Below, in pieces: positions 11,879 through 25,900 of a stretch of 58,391 nucleotides of DNA. The position numbers and the translations under genes were made by a program. This DNA is from an uncultured Muribaculaceae bacterium (GTDB taxonomy: Bacteria; Bacillota_I; Bacilli_A; RF39; UBA660), in contig CAZEMQ010000001.1 in assembly GCA_964513435.1 (NCBI GenBank), positions 71,883 through 130,273 of the forward strand, given 5' to 3'. The notes beneath the pieces are model-generated. The model made no database searches. It was not told where the DNA came from and saw only the letters and a program-made list of their open reading frames with translations. Positions within the stretch are counted from its first letter, which is position 1. Every line of letters begins with the position of its first letter.

Positions 11879-14800
11879 TTAGAACTTTATTTTAATATTA
11901 ATTGGACAATTATCTGTTTGTTTCTAATCATCATGTGATCTCTCTATTTCAATCAATTGATTTATAATATTTCTTTGGAAATCAGTAAGATTATTATTTA
12001 ACATACTCTGTAAATCGGTTATTCTATCTTCACCTATATAATCCATATTATTCAATTTCTCTAAAAATTCATCGAGAGTATTGCTTTTAAAAAGATCTTC
12101 ATAATCAAGATCATAACTGAATAATTCTTCTAACGCTTCTCTTGCAGAATTCATGTATTCATCAAAATTATTCTCATTTACTATTAAAGCGACAGGTTCT
12201 GATATAGATTCGTCATTAGAAATCATTGTTAATTCTGAATTTTTAGAATCATATTCAGCATTATAAGATACACCGTCTATTTCAAGATTAAACTAAAATA
12301 CTCCATTATTATCAGATAAGGAAGAAATATCTGTTATGTTTCTATTATTAAATATAATATTTATACGTCCTTTCAAAGCATCGTTTCTTTTACTTATAAC
12401 AACATTACCGTTTATAATAAATGCGATATTATCAGAATTTTGATTTATTGTTTGAACGGCTAATTCATTAGCTTTATTTATTGACTAATTTTCATATAAA
12501 TTACTTAGATCTAATCCTGTTTTCTATTTTATTTCAGATAATATATTATTTTTAGTTATTTCTTCCTATGATATTTGTGTATCTAAGTCAGATCTTCCAT
12601 TTCTCATATATTTATAACCGTCAATGACAGTAAATGAAAATCGACCATCTGCACTTTGTCGTAAACTACCTAAAAACTGATTAACTAACCACGATATGTT
12701 ACCTCTAAATACATACGAATCAATTTTTCCATGAATTTTAAATGGTTTATTATCTATACTATAGTTATTACCCTATTCTATAACATAAAATTGACCTATT
12801 TTCTATGGATTATTTCTAGGTATATAAGAATCGTATCTAACTCCATCTATTCCAGATCGTAACAATATAGATTTGATCATATCTAATCCAGATTGATTAA
12901 AAGTATATAAAACTTCCCCATCAATTAAAGCGTTAAGTGTATTTCTATTATACACCACAGACATTAATATTCCATCAAACAAACCTGATAAACTTCTAGG
13001 TTTAGATGAAATTTCATTCCAAACTGCAGTTTCGTATAGTTTATTTTTCTTAGAAATATTATCCGGAAGAGAATCTATTTCCTAAATAGCTTGATCTATC
13101 TTAGCTACTATATTAGGCATTCTCTAACTCAAATACTATCTAAATGAATTATCCTTCATAAGCTCTTTCATTAACTTATATGAGGTAAATAACGTTCCTA
13201 TACGTTTCACATTACCCTATTTACTAAATATATTTTTTATATTTTCAATATATTTATCAATAGATGCTTTAGGAGGCATAACATACATTAATTGCACTTT
13301 CTTAGGAGTATCTGGATCAGTAGATTGTTTAATAAAGTATTTAATTATTTTTAAATCCGAGTTTAATGATTTATCAAAAGAAACAAGAACAAAAGGATTT
13401 CCAGCTTTTACTAACTTTACAGAAGTACCATCTCCACCATCAACTTCTCCATTTAAAGATACCATTACTTTACTAGTAATAGTTACTTGAGGATTTGTAG
13501 CAAACTGTGATACTGTAGTCCATTCTGATTCAGGATTACCATTATCATAATGAAATCCCGGAGATCCTTGATAATATCCTCTATTTGTAACAAATTGTGG
13601 ACCTAATGATTCAAGATCTTTTGCTATAGTCCAATTAGGATCGTGTACAAAATGAATACCTCTGAATGTAAAATCATATAATTTAAACAGATTAATTAAA
13701 TCTTGATATTGTACATTTCCATCAAATTTTTCAATCAATTTTAATGTAATATCGTGTTCAGACATATTATCTGATTGTAATCGTAGATATTCATCATAAA
13801 CTTCTTGAAATACCTTTTTACCATTTCCATCGCTTATCTACATTAATGTAAAAGGGGAAGATGTTGCAAGTAGTGGTATTTCTAATAGGTCGCCATTCTA
13901 TTTTGTTCCAATTATTGCTACTAATGACTTGTGATGCCATTCTTTACTACGAGTATCAGAAGACCCGTTATATTCTGTAGTTTCAGAAATTCCTTTACTA
14001 AAACGACTTACTGTACCCTCTACAAACTCCTAATTATTCTATTTATTACGATCACTAGGTCTAGGAGAGCTTTTTAAAGCAAAAGTAATATAAACTCCTT
14101 TTAATTTCAAATAATTAGAAACTCTATCTATTAACGTCGACTTATCTTTAATGTTGAATAATAAACTTCTTATATTACCTAACTGTTCTAAATATAACTA
14201 TTTTGTTTTTATTCCTTTACTCTATAATAAATCTATTTTAACTAATCCATTAATGCTATCTATTCTTGGATTATCTTCCCAATTTGTTGTTCCATTGGGA
14301 ATTGGATTGCCATTATCATCAAATAAAACACCCGTTTCAAACGTATTAAATGAGTGTAATAACATATTGATCCCTATAGTCTCTTGTTCTATAACTGGGT
14401 TAACATAAGACTAAGGAAGAGTAAGATCTTCAGAAGATAAATCAAGCTCTCCTGAATATTCTAGATCACCAGTAGTATCATTATCTGTTATAGGTGCAAG
14501 ATTACCACCATAATCATATCCATCTGGCTCAGTTTCATTTTCATATTCCTAAATAACTTCTACTATACCATTAATATCGCTTCTTTGATACTGTTTAATC
14601 TCAAATCCATAATTGTTAGTTGTATCAAATGTATTAATAAGTAACACATGATATTGATGATTTCCATCCTATGATAGCTTTATTCCTACAATTACACCAT
14701 ACTAATTATCATTAAGTCTAATTATAGTACCATATTTCAAGTCAGAATTGATATCGTTTGAATCCAGTCCTTCATCTGTTTTTGGACTCTATATTGCTAT

Positions 14801-17800
14801 TTTTCTTGCAGCTTCGGCTGCTGGTTTATTAGTGATATTATCATAAGAAATAATTTCTAATGGAGTAGATTGTATAATTTCTGCTATTTTCCTTTGTTTA
14901 GCTTCTAAGATTTCCTTATCTGGATTATTTATTTGTTCTGACCTAATAAATTCATTTATAAGATTATCAATATCTTGTATAGAAGTAGCTTTATTTATCG
15001 AATCAATCAATATCTGTTTTCTACTATCAAATGTACTTGTTTTCTCAGGTGGTGTTGGATCGGTTCCTTCACTTAATCCTTCTTTTTTTACAATAGATGA
15101 TTTTACTGATATACCTGTCTATGTTCTAGGAGTATAAGGTATAGCTTTTCCATCATTAGCAATTTTATCTAATATTTCTTTTCTTGCTTCAGAATACTAG
15201 ATAATAGAATCTCTATTTATTTGTTCACTAACATTACTATGAACTCTAACAGATCCAAATTTAGGACCAATATCAACAGGAATAATTACTATAGAACCTT
15301 GCTGTGCTCTAGTCATTCCTGTATATATATCTTTTAGATATATATCTAAAGCATTCTGTTTAGTATTACTATCAGAATCAACAAGTTTAGCATTTGGCTA
15401 TGCTTCGATTATATAATATTGACCCTCATCTCCATGAGAACTTCCTCCTTCTTTGAAATCAATATATTTAGAATACTTCTCAGAAGATAATTCCTTGAAT
15501 AAAGGTGATGTTTTATCAGAATAAATATAACCTATTTTCTATCCTTCTTTTAAAGTATCAATTAATTTATCAACTTTTTCTAATACAGACTAAACAATAC
15601 TAGCTTTTGCTGTAGTTACTTTATCCTAAGAAACGGTATCATCTTGTATCTCATAAATAACCACTTGATCTCCGTATAATCCAGAATCATCCTCATAATA
15701 CTCAAAATCTATCCTCTAATCTGTTGGGCTTTGCATATAAGCCTATAATTTTTCCTAATTTCTAGTTTTAATTACATTATCAGTTCTCATTGAAACTGAC
15801 AATTTTGGAGATCTAGCAAAATTAGTTCTTTCTAAGTTAACGCTCCAATTAAGAGGTTTAGATGATTTTAATTCTATACTATGTGCCCCGACTATACCAG
15901 CTTGATCAAAGTCTCCAGCTACTAATACAGTAATACCATTTTCTTTAGCGAAATTATTAATCTAATCCATATCGTATGAAGTGAATTTCTATACTTCGTC
16001 TATTATTATAAGACTAGGTGGATTAGACATTTTTTTAACAGATTGTGATGAAACTACTTCGTTCTAATCAGATACTGTAAAATCTGATTTAGGAATAATG
16101 TAATATCCAGTAATAGGATCTATAGAATATTCTGTCCACTGTGGATTTATTTCTTTCATCCAACCTTGTCTATCATACGATTTAGCATTCTAATCAGTTA
16201 AACCAACATCTTTTAATAATTTCTAAGCATTAGAAAATCCAGAACCGTGTACTACAGAAACAGATTTTAATAAAGATGGATTAAATTTCTGTAACATTTT
16301 TAATGTTACTTTGAATACAGCTTGACTTTTTCCTGCTCCTGGAATTCCTTCCGTTAAAGTTGTATTAGAATATCTTGGAACAGTTACTATATTTAACACA
16401 TAATCGGCAAATTCATCAGATGCCATTCTTGTATCTCTATTTAAAGATCGTAGAATAGTCTCTCTTTCCTGAACTGTTTTATTTTTCCAATCATTTACTA
16501 CCGATCGTCTGTATGCTTCAAAGAATTGTGTAAATATATTTCCATTTAAGATACTAGCATAATTATTATATACAGCAAGTTCTTGTGAAAATATAGGCAT
16601 TATTGGATTTTCCGAATTTAACTCTATAATCTATTTATATTGATTATAAAAATCAGATGATTTTATAGCAGCTCTAGATGCCAACCACCATAATATAGTA
16701 TTATCATCTAATGAAGTAGATCCTTCATTCAATAAACCGTTAGCTAAAGTATATAATTGTAATCTTTTTGGATTTATAAATTCTTGTAATTTATTTATGT
16801 CGTTTAATTTATCCAAATTCTTCTGGAAGAAATCATATATAGCGTCACCTAATTCAATACTTTCTCTTTCAAAGTCTTCTTTCTAACTTTCAGAGACTTC
16901 TTTAGAATCAGATTTAGATATTTTATCATGTAACTATAATCCATTAACTATAGTTTGTAGTTCTAATATTCCATTCCAAGATTTCAATTCATCGTCATCT
17001 CGAATTTGTACAATATTTCTAATTCTATTATATATCAAAAGATCTGTTGTAGTAGCTATTCTATTCTATTTTAATATTTTCTATCCTTGATTTATTCTAT
17101 ATAAATTTCTAAGAAAGACTAACCTATTAAGATTTAAATTAATATCAGATAGTATAGTATCGGCTGTATCTTTATTTATTTCTGCCAATTTAGGACGTTT
17201 ATCTTCTAGTTTTTCAGAAATTTCATTTAATGTAGCATTATATCCATAATAATCATCAATGTCAGCAGAATCAGTTCTTGCAGCTAATACAGCTGCTTTA
17301 TACATTTGTAATGTAAATATAGCATTGTTGAGGTCTGATACTAACTATTCACCTATATTAAATTTAGAAATATTATCAGATACATCTTTAAAATAAGTAT
17401 CTAATCTATTTATCAATTGAGTGATATTTATAGGATCTTGACCTGTAGATATAGATATTTCATCAATGTCCTAAGCGAATAAAGTATTATCTAACTTTTC
17501 TACTTTATCACGTAAATTTACAAAAGTATCTATTTTTTCCTACCAATACATCATAGGTTCACTAGGCTCAAACTGCATTTCTGGGAGTTTTCGTTCTTCA
17601 TTAGCATATTCTGCCTAAGATATAGCGATAAGATTATTCAGTACTCTTGTAATTTGATTTTTTGTTTCTGTATTAATAAAACCTCTATTTACAATAGGAT
17701 CTATATATTTAGAAATATCTCTAATTAATACATTAGAAATCGCAGCTTTATAATTATAATTTAAATCCTTAAGTTTAGCTTCTTTTTCATCTTTAGATAA

Positions 17801-20800
17801 GTTTGGGTCTAATTCTGCTATCTGCTTTTCAATATTTTCTATCTCAGACATATCAGATTCAGTTCCAAATGCTTCCACTAGAGCTCTTTTCAAAGATACA
17901 ATATTATCAATAGTAGTAGCTTCATTTAACCACATATTTATTACTTCAGGAGCTGCGTTTTTAGCAATATTAAAACTAGTAGATAAATTTGTAATTATAG
18001 AAGATAACTTCTTACTATCTTCTAAATTATCTAAATATCGCTTATCTATTTTTTGCAAAACTCCTGTTAATTTCTATGCGAACTATCTAAACGTAGCAGA
18101 TACTTCACGTATTTTATCTCTTCCATCAGAAACTTTCCAATTATTATATGCTTCCTATGCAGCAGCCTTATCTTTTTCTGTTAATTCAGACCATTTCTTT
18201 CCAAAATGTTTTTCTGCAAACAACGGAAGAGTTGTTTCTGTAAATAATCCACTAAGAGTTTCTGTCATTTCAAATAAAGCATCTGCGACAAACTCATAAG
18301 AATATTTACCATCAATTAAATCCTATAACTCTTTTCTTTTATTATTTAGTTCTTTTACAACTTTGTCATACTATTTTTTATCATCTTCGGAAAGTTTATT
18401 TCTTCGAGCTTCTAAATCAGTAACAACCCCATCGTTGTTTGTATCTTGTGCTTTATCAAGTATTAAATTGGAATTATTTGTTAATCTTATTACTTCTGAA
18501 ATTAAATTATTAAATCTATTTAAATAAGCTCCTGCCATAGTCGATTTATGTAATACAGCAAAACGTAAATCTCCTAATGTTTGCTTATTTAAAAAAGAAT
18601 CATCAGATAAATTTGCTCCATTAGCATCCAATATATTCTGAATTAACTGGACTTGTGCTTTAATTGCTCGTTTAGCGTATAAATCTTGATTATTTTCTTT
18701 AGTCCCAGGAGCAAATATAAGTTGTCCATCTTGTTCCTATACTTCTGTAGCTGATAAATATGGATTTCCTATTTCTACTTTGTCTAAAGACTTTAGAAAA
18801 TTATTACCTTCTCCATTTCTAAGTAAATAGACTAACTATTCAACAGCTTGTTGAGAAGTCATATTACTTAACGAATTAAACGCTTTATAATTAAGACCAA
18901 GATTTGCTAATCCACCACCAATCGCACCACCTATCAATGACATTCCATATCTATCAATAATATCAGAAGTGTTCCATTCCCCTGTTAAAGGATCGTATCC
19001 AAATGATGTCATTCTAGCGTCACTACCTGATAACCACTAAGATAAATTAAAACATGCCTTTGAAAAGTCAGCAAGTATTTCTTCACTAACTTCTTCAAAA
19101 CCTTCTCCAACACCTGCTGCAAGAGTTGCTTTCATCGTCTTAGCTCCAGTAGCATATTCTGCATTAGCGATACTCTTTCCAACTTTAAATAATTCTTTAG
19201 CATATTGTTTTTTACCCTCTTTAGGAAGAGTTTTCAACATATTACCAAACTGCTATCTAAGTTGTATTGTTTCTTCATTTAAATTCATTAATGCTCTCTG
19301 AATAGCTTGATACCTATATCTATTAGCTCTTAGCTCAGGAAGAACCCATTCACCTAGACCAGTATTTAATAAAGCGTATTCTCCAGCAGCGTATCCTAAA
19401 GTTAGTAATGCAGCGTCCATATCAGAAGCACCTGCCTATTTAGCTTCTCCATAAGTGTCGCCTACTACAATGGCAGTCATGTACCCTTTGCTTAATATTT
19501 CTCCTAATTTATTATATCCTTTTATGAAAGAATCTAACTACGATTGAGCATTAAAAGTATCGCTTATATTTAAGCTCTATTTTAATCTAGTTAATTTAGC
19601 AGCCTCTGAAGGATTCTTTAATAGTTCTTCTATTTTAAGTTGATTAAATTTTTTATTTGCGTTCTGTAGTTCGGCTAGTTTTGCAGCTTGTCCTTCTTTA
19701 GTCATTAAATTAGAACCTGTGACTAAATAAGGAAGTTTTTCAAATATAAACCTTTGTTCAGCAAGCTAACCCATTACATCACCAATAAGATTTATAAAAT
19801 TTTCCCAACACCACGTATGTTCTTGTGCATATTGTGTTCTTGCTGTCTATCTATTAAATGATTTGGATAAACCTTCAATTTCATTTAATATAGGCATATC
19901 GTCACCAGCAAGCATTTTCATAAATGTTGCTCCTACACCAGCAAGTTGTGTAGCAATACTTAATCCTCTTACCCAAGGACCTATTCCAGAAACAAACATT
20001 GTTCCAACTAAAGCTGCATTTTTTAATACATTTGCTACAGGATTCTACTAATTTAAGTCATCACTATCAAAAAAATCAAATTTATTCCAGAAAGACCCAT
20101 CTGTGGTAAGAACATTCATTTTATTTAGAACGCTTCTTCCGTATACATCACGTCCGTCTAATTTCTCATAAAAGAAATTTCCTTCGTTGTCTAATTTAAG
20201 ATCACCTTTCTTGTGTTCGACAGTTTGATTAGTAATTGGATCTATGTGAGTTCCGTCAGAATCGTATTGAGCTAATACTAAAGTATCTAAAAGATGTCCA
20301 AAAAAAGAATCATTAGGAGAATCTTCCCATATAGCATTTTCTAAATTATCCCCAGCTGTAGTTGGATTAGCAAGTACTTTATTTGATTGTGCAAGTTCAT
20401 CTATAGATTTTGTAGGTTCATCTACTTTTCCAAATGTAACCAAGTTAAATGTCTATTGATAAGGATTAGACATTTTAAACTATTGAAAATCTGGTTCAGT
20501 ACGTTTCTATTTCTATGGAGCAAAAATATTACTTCTATGATATGATGTAATATTTTTTACAGAATCATTGTAGTTTGTATCTGCTAGATTGTTATAGTAA
20601 ATAGTAGCTACATCATACGCCTTATTAAAAGAATCTTCATTAAAGTTTCCAAACTAATCACTAAATTGTTTTCTCACCCATTCATCATTTTTATATTTTT
20701 CTTTATTTTGAATAGAAGTATTTTTAGCATTTAGTCCGTTTATAATCATAGTATCGAAAGATGCTTGAGGGTTATCAAGCATCTCTAAAAATAAATCATG

Positions 20801-20815
20801 TTCTCTATTTTCCAT
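11879..20815 (-). CDS. giant virion protein (2,978 aa) with an embedded SF1/RecD-like P-loop NTPase module
   Basis: ATG 20815 to TAA 11881-11879 = 8937 nt. Ten track ORFs (20048.., 19037.., 18371.., 17615.., 17081.., 16631.., 16223.., 14789.., 13217.., 11924..) are all in one frame. A hand scan of 13766-14791 found 11 in-frame TAG and 0 TAA/TGA. Motifs: GIPGAGKS (16348-16325), LIIIDEV (about 16015-15995), VLVAGDFDQ (15928-15902). Confidence 0.8.
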
Positions 20816-20817
20816 AA

Positions 20818-22635
20818 TTACTAAATTTTTCTACCACTTTTCCAAGAAGAACGTTCTTGTAGAATCTAATCTTGTGTGTCTAACTGAAATATTTCAGATC
20901 CTTTCATTTTTTCTCCCGATGTTGCTGCTACATAGCTTTCCTATATTGGAACCCATAATGTACCAGAATAATAATCTTCATTAGGATTACTAAATTTGGA
21001 ATCTTCTGAAATTTGTCTCAAATTATCTACAAGAGTTCCGTCTTTAATTTCTTTTAATAACGGATTCTTATTAAACCAACCTAATCCTAACAGTTTATTA
21101 TTAACAGCAACATTAACTACTCCAAAACGTCTCCATTCGTTAGTTAAATCTCCGTTAGAATTATAAGGAGCTGTTAAATTATATTTTTGATATATTTTAT
21201 TAATATTTTCGTAATTCTATTTTATTTGTTCCGGACTATTTAAATTAATTCCAAGTTGTCGTATTTCCTTTTCAGCATCCTATTTAGCTTTAGCTTTAGT
21301 AGGAGAAGTATCTGGAACGATAGATCCGTCTCTATTATAGGCATCTAAATCTATCGGATAATCTACTGAATTTATTCTTCCGTCTAATAAAATAACACCA
21401 TTGAATCCAGCAGGATTAATTCCAACTCCACCAACTGTAACATTATTTAAATCTAAAATAGAAGAATATGTACCTCTTGTAACATCTTGAAAAGTACTAT
21501 TTGCTCCCAATGGATTATCATCTTTGTCAGTAAGTGGTAATGTATTTACAATTACTTGATAAGCATGATTAGTTCCAGAATTTATTACAAAATTACTTCG
21601 TACACCAGCTCCAGCTAAAAATTTTGCAGGAGTTCCATATATTTTAGAATCTAATACGCCACTACTACCATCGCCAGAAGAACTAGACGAACTTTTAGGA
21701 ATTTGAGCTTGTACGGATTTAGAATATTTTAAATTACCAGCTAAATATTGTCCGACTAATTTTGTAGTAGCTTGTTCTTTATTTGGATCATTTAATTTTA
21801 TAGATGCCCATGTTTTAATTCTATCAGGAAGAGCTGTAGTTAAATAATTAATCAAACTTTTAATTTGTTCAGAATTAGTTTCTTCACTTACTTTATAAGT
21901 CCCGTTATTTAAAGATTCTAAAAATTCAGATTTTTGTTCATCTGTCATTCCTTCTACAATTTGTAATCCTTCTAACGCTTCTTTATTAGAAACTGAAGTT
22001 TCAGAATATTTAGTACTTCCTAAAGTTACTTTAGCCTATTCAATTAAATTTTGAAATTCTTCATATCCAGTACTATTATTTATAATATCTAATATAGATT
22101 GATTGAAAGATAAAGAAGGATCATATTTTCTTAAATTGGCTAAATTAGACACACTTAACAATTGATAATCATTAGGATTATCGTAATACTAATCTAAACT
22201 TACATAAGTTAAGTCTCCTTTATTATTTTGTGCAATCAATCTGCCATCTAATGAAATTGCTGGTTCAGCTAATGAACCATTTGCAGTAGCTCTTTTAATC
22301 GCTTCCTAATATTCTTTATAATTCTGATTAGCCACTCTTATTTGATATAAATTTTCAAGATAAGTAGTAGCTAAATCTCCAGTATCCAGACCTGTTAATT
22401 TAGTCATCTGAAAAGTGGCAGTTAATTTAGACACAATTTCATTCATATCATTTGGTAGTCCATCTATATCTTTAATCATATTAAAAAAATCTTTCTATGT
22501 TAATTCTCCAGTATCACTTTTTGAACTAGATGAAGATTGTCCAGTGGTAGTTGGATTTTCCCATTGTATAGGAACATACGTTGTAAAGAAAGATTCAAAA
22601 CTACCACCTGTCTAATATTTAGGTGTGATTTTCAT
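20818..22635 (-). CDS. virion protein (605 aa), function unknown
   Basis: ATG 22635 to TAA 20820-20818, which is immediately preceded by an in-frame TAG. 1818 nt, in frame with track ORF 21280..21948. Several internal TAG codons, no TAA/TGA. Confidence 0.75.
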
Positions 22636-22674
22636 CTTTGATTATTTTATTTATTAAATTCATAACATTAGGTT

Positions 22675-25449
22675 TCAAAATACCCCTCTCTTAGAATTAA
22701 GAATCTAATTATAAGATTTGACAACACCACTGTAAGGATTTGTATAATACCTTCCAGATGCTATATTATATAAATCGTACTAATATCGTCTTTTCAATTC
22801 ATTTACTTTGTCAATATAATTCTAATCCTATAACATTGAAGATGTAGTTGCATCTGGATTTTGTTCTTTATACTGTCTATTAAGTGTTTGAATTGCATCC
22901 GAATACAAATTTTGTGCATACTAAGAAGATGTATTTTGTTTTAATGCTTTATTTTCAGCAAATCTTGTTCTAAGCCTAGTCTCAACCCCTTGTAAGTAAT
23001 TATCAACAGAACCCCAATTAGATTTAAGTCTCTATGCTTCTATTTGTGCTTTTTGCCAGTTAGATTCATTTATAGCCGCTCTATTTTTATTAGCAACATC
23101 AGTTCTCCTAGCAACATTATCTTCCTGCCTTTTAAGAGCTTCTTCTTTAGTTCTTTTAATTTCTTTATCATCTGCTAAGAATCCTTGATATTCAAGATCT
23201 CTTGCTTGTCTATTAGCATCAAGATTTCCTGCTAACTATAAGGATGCATCTGAAGTAAATGGTCTAGCAGCTTGCCTTCTTAAATCAGCAGCCTGTCTAT
23301 TTCTAAACTACATTTCACTAAATGCTCCAGTAACAGGAGAATACAACTCATAAGTATTTAATAAAGTAGGTTTAGTGGCTTCTGTTAATGTTTTTGCTAC
23401 CTTATTATTTGTTCTTAAAGATAAAGCCATCCTTCCTACTCCTAATAAATCTGGATATAAATCAGATAACCACCCACTTGAAGTAAACGAAGGATTATTT
23501 TCAGAAGTTTCAGTCAATGAAGGATTTACGTATGTATTGTTTGTAACATCTTCTACAGGAGTTTCTATAGGAGATTCTATAGGAGATTCTGTATCAAATG
23601 CTCTATATCCTTCAATTGATGTATCATTAGTTGGAATCCACTATCCTCGTCCAGATTTATCACCCTCGGCTTTATAATAATAAGCACCAGTTGCACCTTT
23701 ACTTTTCCAATATTCTCCCCAATTTCCAAAATTAGTTAACGCTGAGTCAGTTAAAGATGCTACTCTACTATAAGTTTGTAATCCTAAAGCGTTATCAATA
23801 TAAGCTGTATTTACATCCTAATTCCACCTATCTCCAGTACCCATTGGATTAGTAGGTCTTGTAAAACTAGCATACTAATAAGCCACTCCATTTTGTCTAT
23901 TGTTATAATCATCATTAGAATTACCAAATAACGTATAATTAAAAGTATTTCCTGCATTCTAATAGCCTGTATTAAACGCACGTACTTTATCACTACCTAA
24001 ATACGTTTTAGAATTCTGGTAATCATTAATTCCAGCTGAATATCTAGTGTTAACGTTATTTTTCACAAAATCGGCGTATCTGTTTAAATCTCCGTTAAAC
24101 ATAGAATTCATTTGAGCAATTACTTTGGGATCTAAAAAGAACCTATTAAGATAAGTATTATATCCAATATCTGGATTACTACCTCCAGCATATATATTAC
24201 TAAAAGAAATTCCGCTTTGTGCTTTTAATACTCCTCCTAATTTATGTTGAGAAATAGTAAAAAACTAGTCATACCAATCATTATCTTTATTCATCCATTC
24301 TTCAACCATCTACTTCTAAAAGAACGGAATACTATCCCTGGATGCTTTTCTCATTGTATTGTTATTGCTATCCCATAAATAAACTGCTCCTTTATTTTCA
24401 CTATCTGTAAGCTAAGGAATATAATATAACCCTTGATTATTAGAATCAATTAAAGTTAACTCTCCTCTGTTTCTTAATGTATTTAGTATAGAACTTATTA
24501 TCATTCTGTTAGAATAATTACTAGAAGACTAATCTCCATTTATTAATGTATTTAGTACTTTAGTTAATTCCTTAGAATCATATTGACTTGCTTTCTTAAC
24601 AAAAGAATTTCCAGCTTCACCATAATCTTCATTATCAACTAAAGAATGCCAAGAACTGTCTCCCGTAAAAGTTGGGTAAAGTTCTTGATACCATTTTACA
24701 AAATCGTCAATATTATACTACGGAGTTTGTGTCTATTGTTGTCCACTGTTATCAGAAGATTGCATTCTTCCAGTATAAAATACTTTTTCCCAAGGTACGT
24801 CACTGTAAGCTCTACTTAAAGCATAGTAGTCTCCAGCATCAATAGTATTATCTACAATAGATTGATATGCAGCTTGTAAAATACGTTTTTGATTTTCGTC
24901 AGTAGTATTATCAATATCTTCCTAAATTAAAGGAAGTAATATTGCCGCTCTTCTTGTTATTCCACGAGTTCCAGTCTCTTCATCAAATAAATCATTATCA
25001 GCAAAATAATAATAATTTGGATTAGTATCTGTATTAAATATTCTTTGTAATAATGATTGACTAGGTGTAGTTTTTTTACTCGATGTACTATTTTCTGAAG
25101 TATATTCTTTAGATTTTCCTAACTATCTTCTTAAAAATGAAGCTGCTGCTCCATAATAATCATCTTTATCAGAAGTCTATCTATTGCCTTCAACATCATA
25201 ATATATATTATTTTCATATCTTCCTCTAGAATCAACAAATCTGCCATTTTGATAACTTATAGAGTTGTCTCCATAACCAGATAATAAATTGTAAATAGCA
25301 TCTCTAGTTCTCTATCTATTTTCATCACCTTTAATGGAAGATAAATAAGAATCTATATTATTTTCTACAGCTCTCTATAAGTCTGTGTATAAGTATTGTT
25401 TACCTAAGTAATTATATAATTGTGGATTTTCTTCCTATAATGTAGCCAT
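22675..25449 (-). CDS. virion protein (924 aa), function unknown
   Basis: ATG 25449 to TGA 22677-22675 = 2775 nt. I translated the whole gene by hand: many in-frame TAG, no TAA/TGA. In frame with track ORF 23308..23517. C-terminal half is coiled-coil-like (..EALKRQEDNVARRTDVANKNRAAINE..). Confidence 0.75.
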
Positions 25450-25460
25450 ATTAGTTTATA

Positions 25461-25496
25461 ATAAAAAGGGAACATATAATTTGTTTATATGCTCCC
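25461..25496 (-). terminator. rho-independent terminator
   Basis: Minus strand: GGGAGCATATAA-acaaa-TTATATGTTCCC followed by TTTTTAT. It lies 16 nt downstream of the TAA of gene 25512..25823 and just upstream of ATG 25449. Confidence 0.6.
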
Positions 25497-25511
25497 ATCT
25501 AAGTTAATAAA

Positions 25512-25823
25512 TTACTTCTTAATTTTCCGAACTAACGTTCCACCTTTACGATATACAGGTTCTTCCTGTGGCTCTTGTGGTGTCCCACCTTGCATTTGTT
25601 GTACAATTTCAAGAAACATCTATGCACCCTGTGCTAAGAGTTGACAATCCTGGTTCTACAAACCTTGCGCAAACATCTGAGCGAGCATCATAATAGGATC
25701 TTGTTGTCCTCCTTGTTCTGGAGATTCTACAGGAGCGTTGTTTACTGCAGGATCTTCAACCGGCATTGTCCCACCTGTTTGGAATTTACGTGTTTTTTTG
25801 TTTTCTTTTGGTGTAATTTTCAT
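25512..25823 (-). CDS. small Q/P-rich protein (103 aa)
   Basis: ATG 25823 to TAA 25514-25512 = 312 nt, with two in-frame TAG. Visibly more GC-rich than its surroundings. MKITPKENKKTRKFQTGGTMPVEDPAVNNAPVESPEQGGQQ... Confidence 0.6.
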
Positions 25824-25900
25824 AATTTTTAATGTTTAAATTTAAACTTGTGATAATTACAAAATTATATAATTATTTAATCTATTCCAAATATAGAATA

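Noticed and set aside
23551-23592. Tandem 12-nt repeat (ttctataggaga x2 plus imperfect flanks) encoding SPIE-SPIE-TPVE
   Set aside because: It is a short in-frame low-complexity linker inside gene 22675..25449, with no sign of a regulatory or mobile function.
23811-23993. Minus-strand track ORF 23811..23993
   Set aside because: It is out of frame with the continuous 924-codon gene that covers the region, and its hydrophobic composition is typical of an off-frame read of AT-rich coding sequence.
5113-25449. Fragmented minus-strand ORFs read as pseudogenes, frameshifted genes or poor assembly
   Set aside because: The fragments share a single frame over up to 8.9 kb. Wherever I checked by hand they are interrupted only by TAG, never by TAA or TGA. 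That is not what decay or indel errors produce.
25888-25895. TATATTTG (minus strand), matching the Bacteroidota -7 promoter box TAnnTTTG, upstream of gene 25512..25823
   Set aside because: Such octamers are expected by chance in this AT-rich sequence, and I could not find a convincing -33 TTTG partner. It is too weak to annotate.
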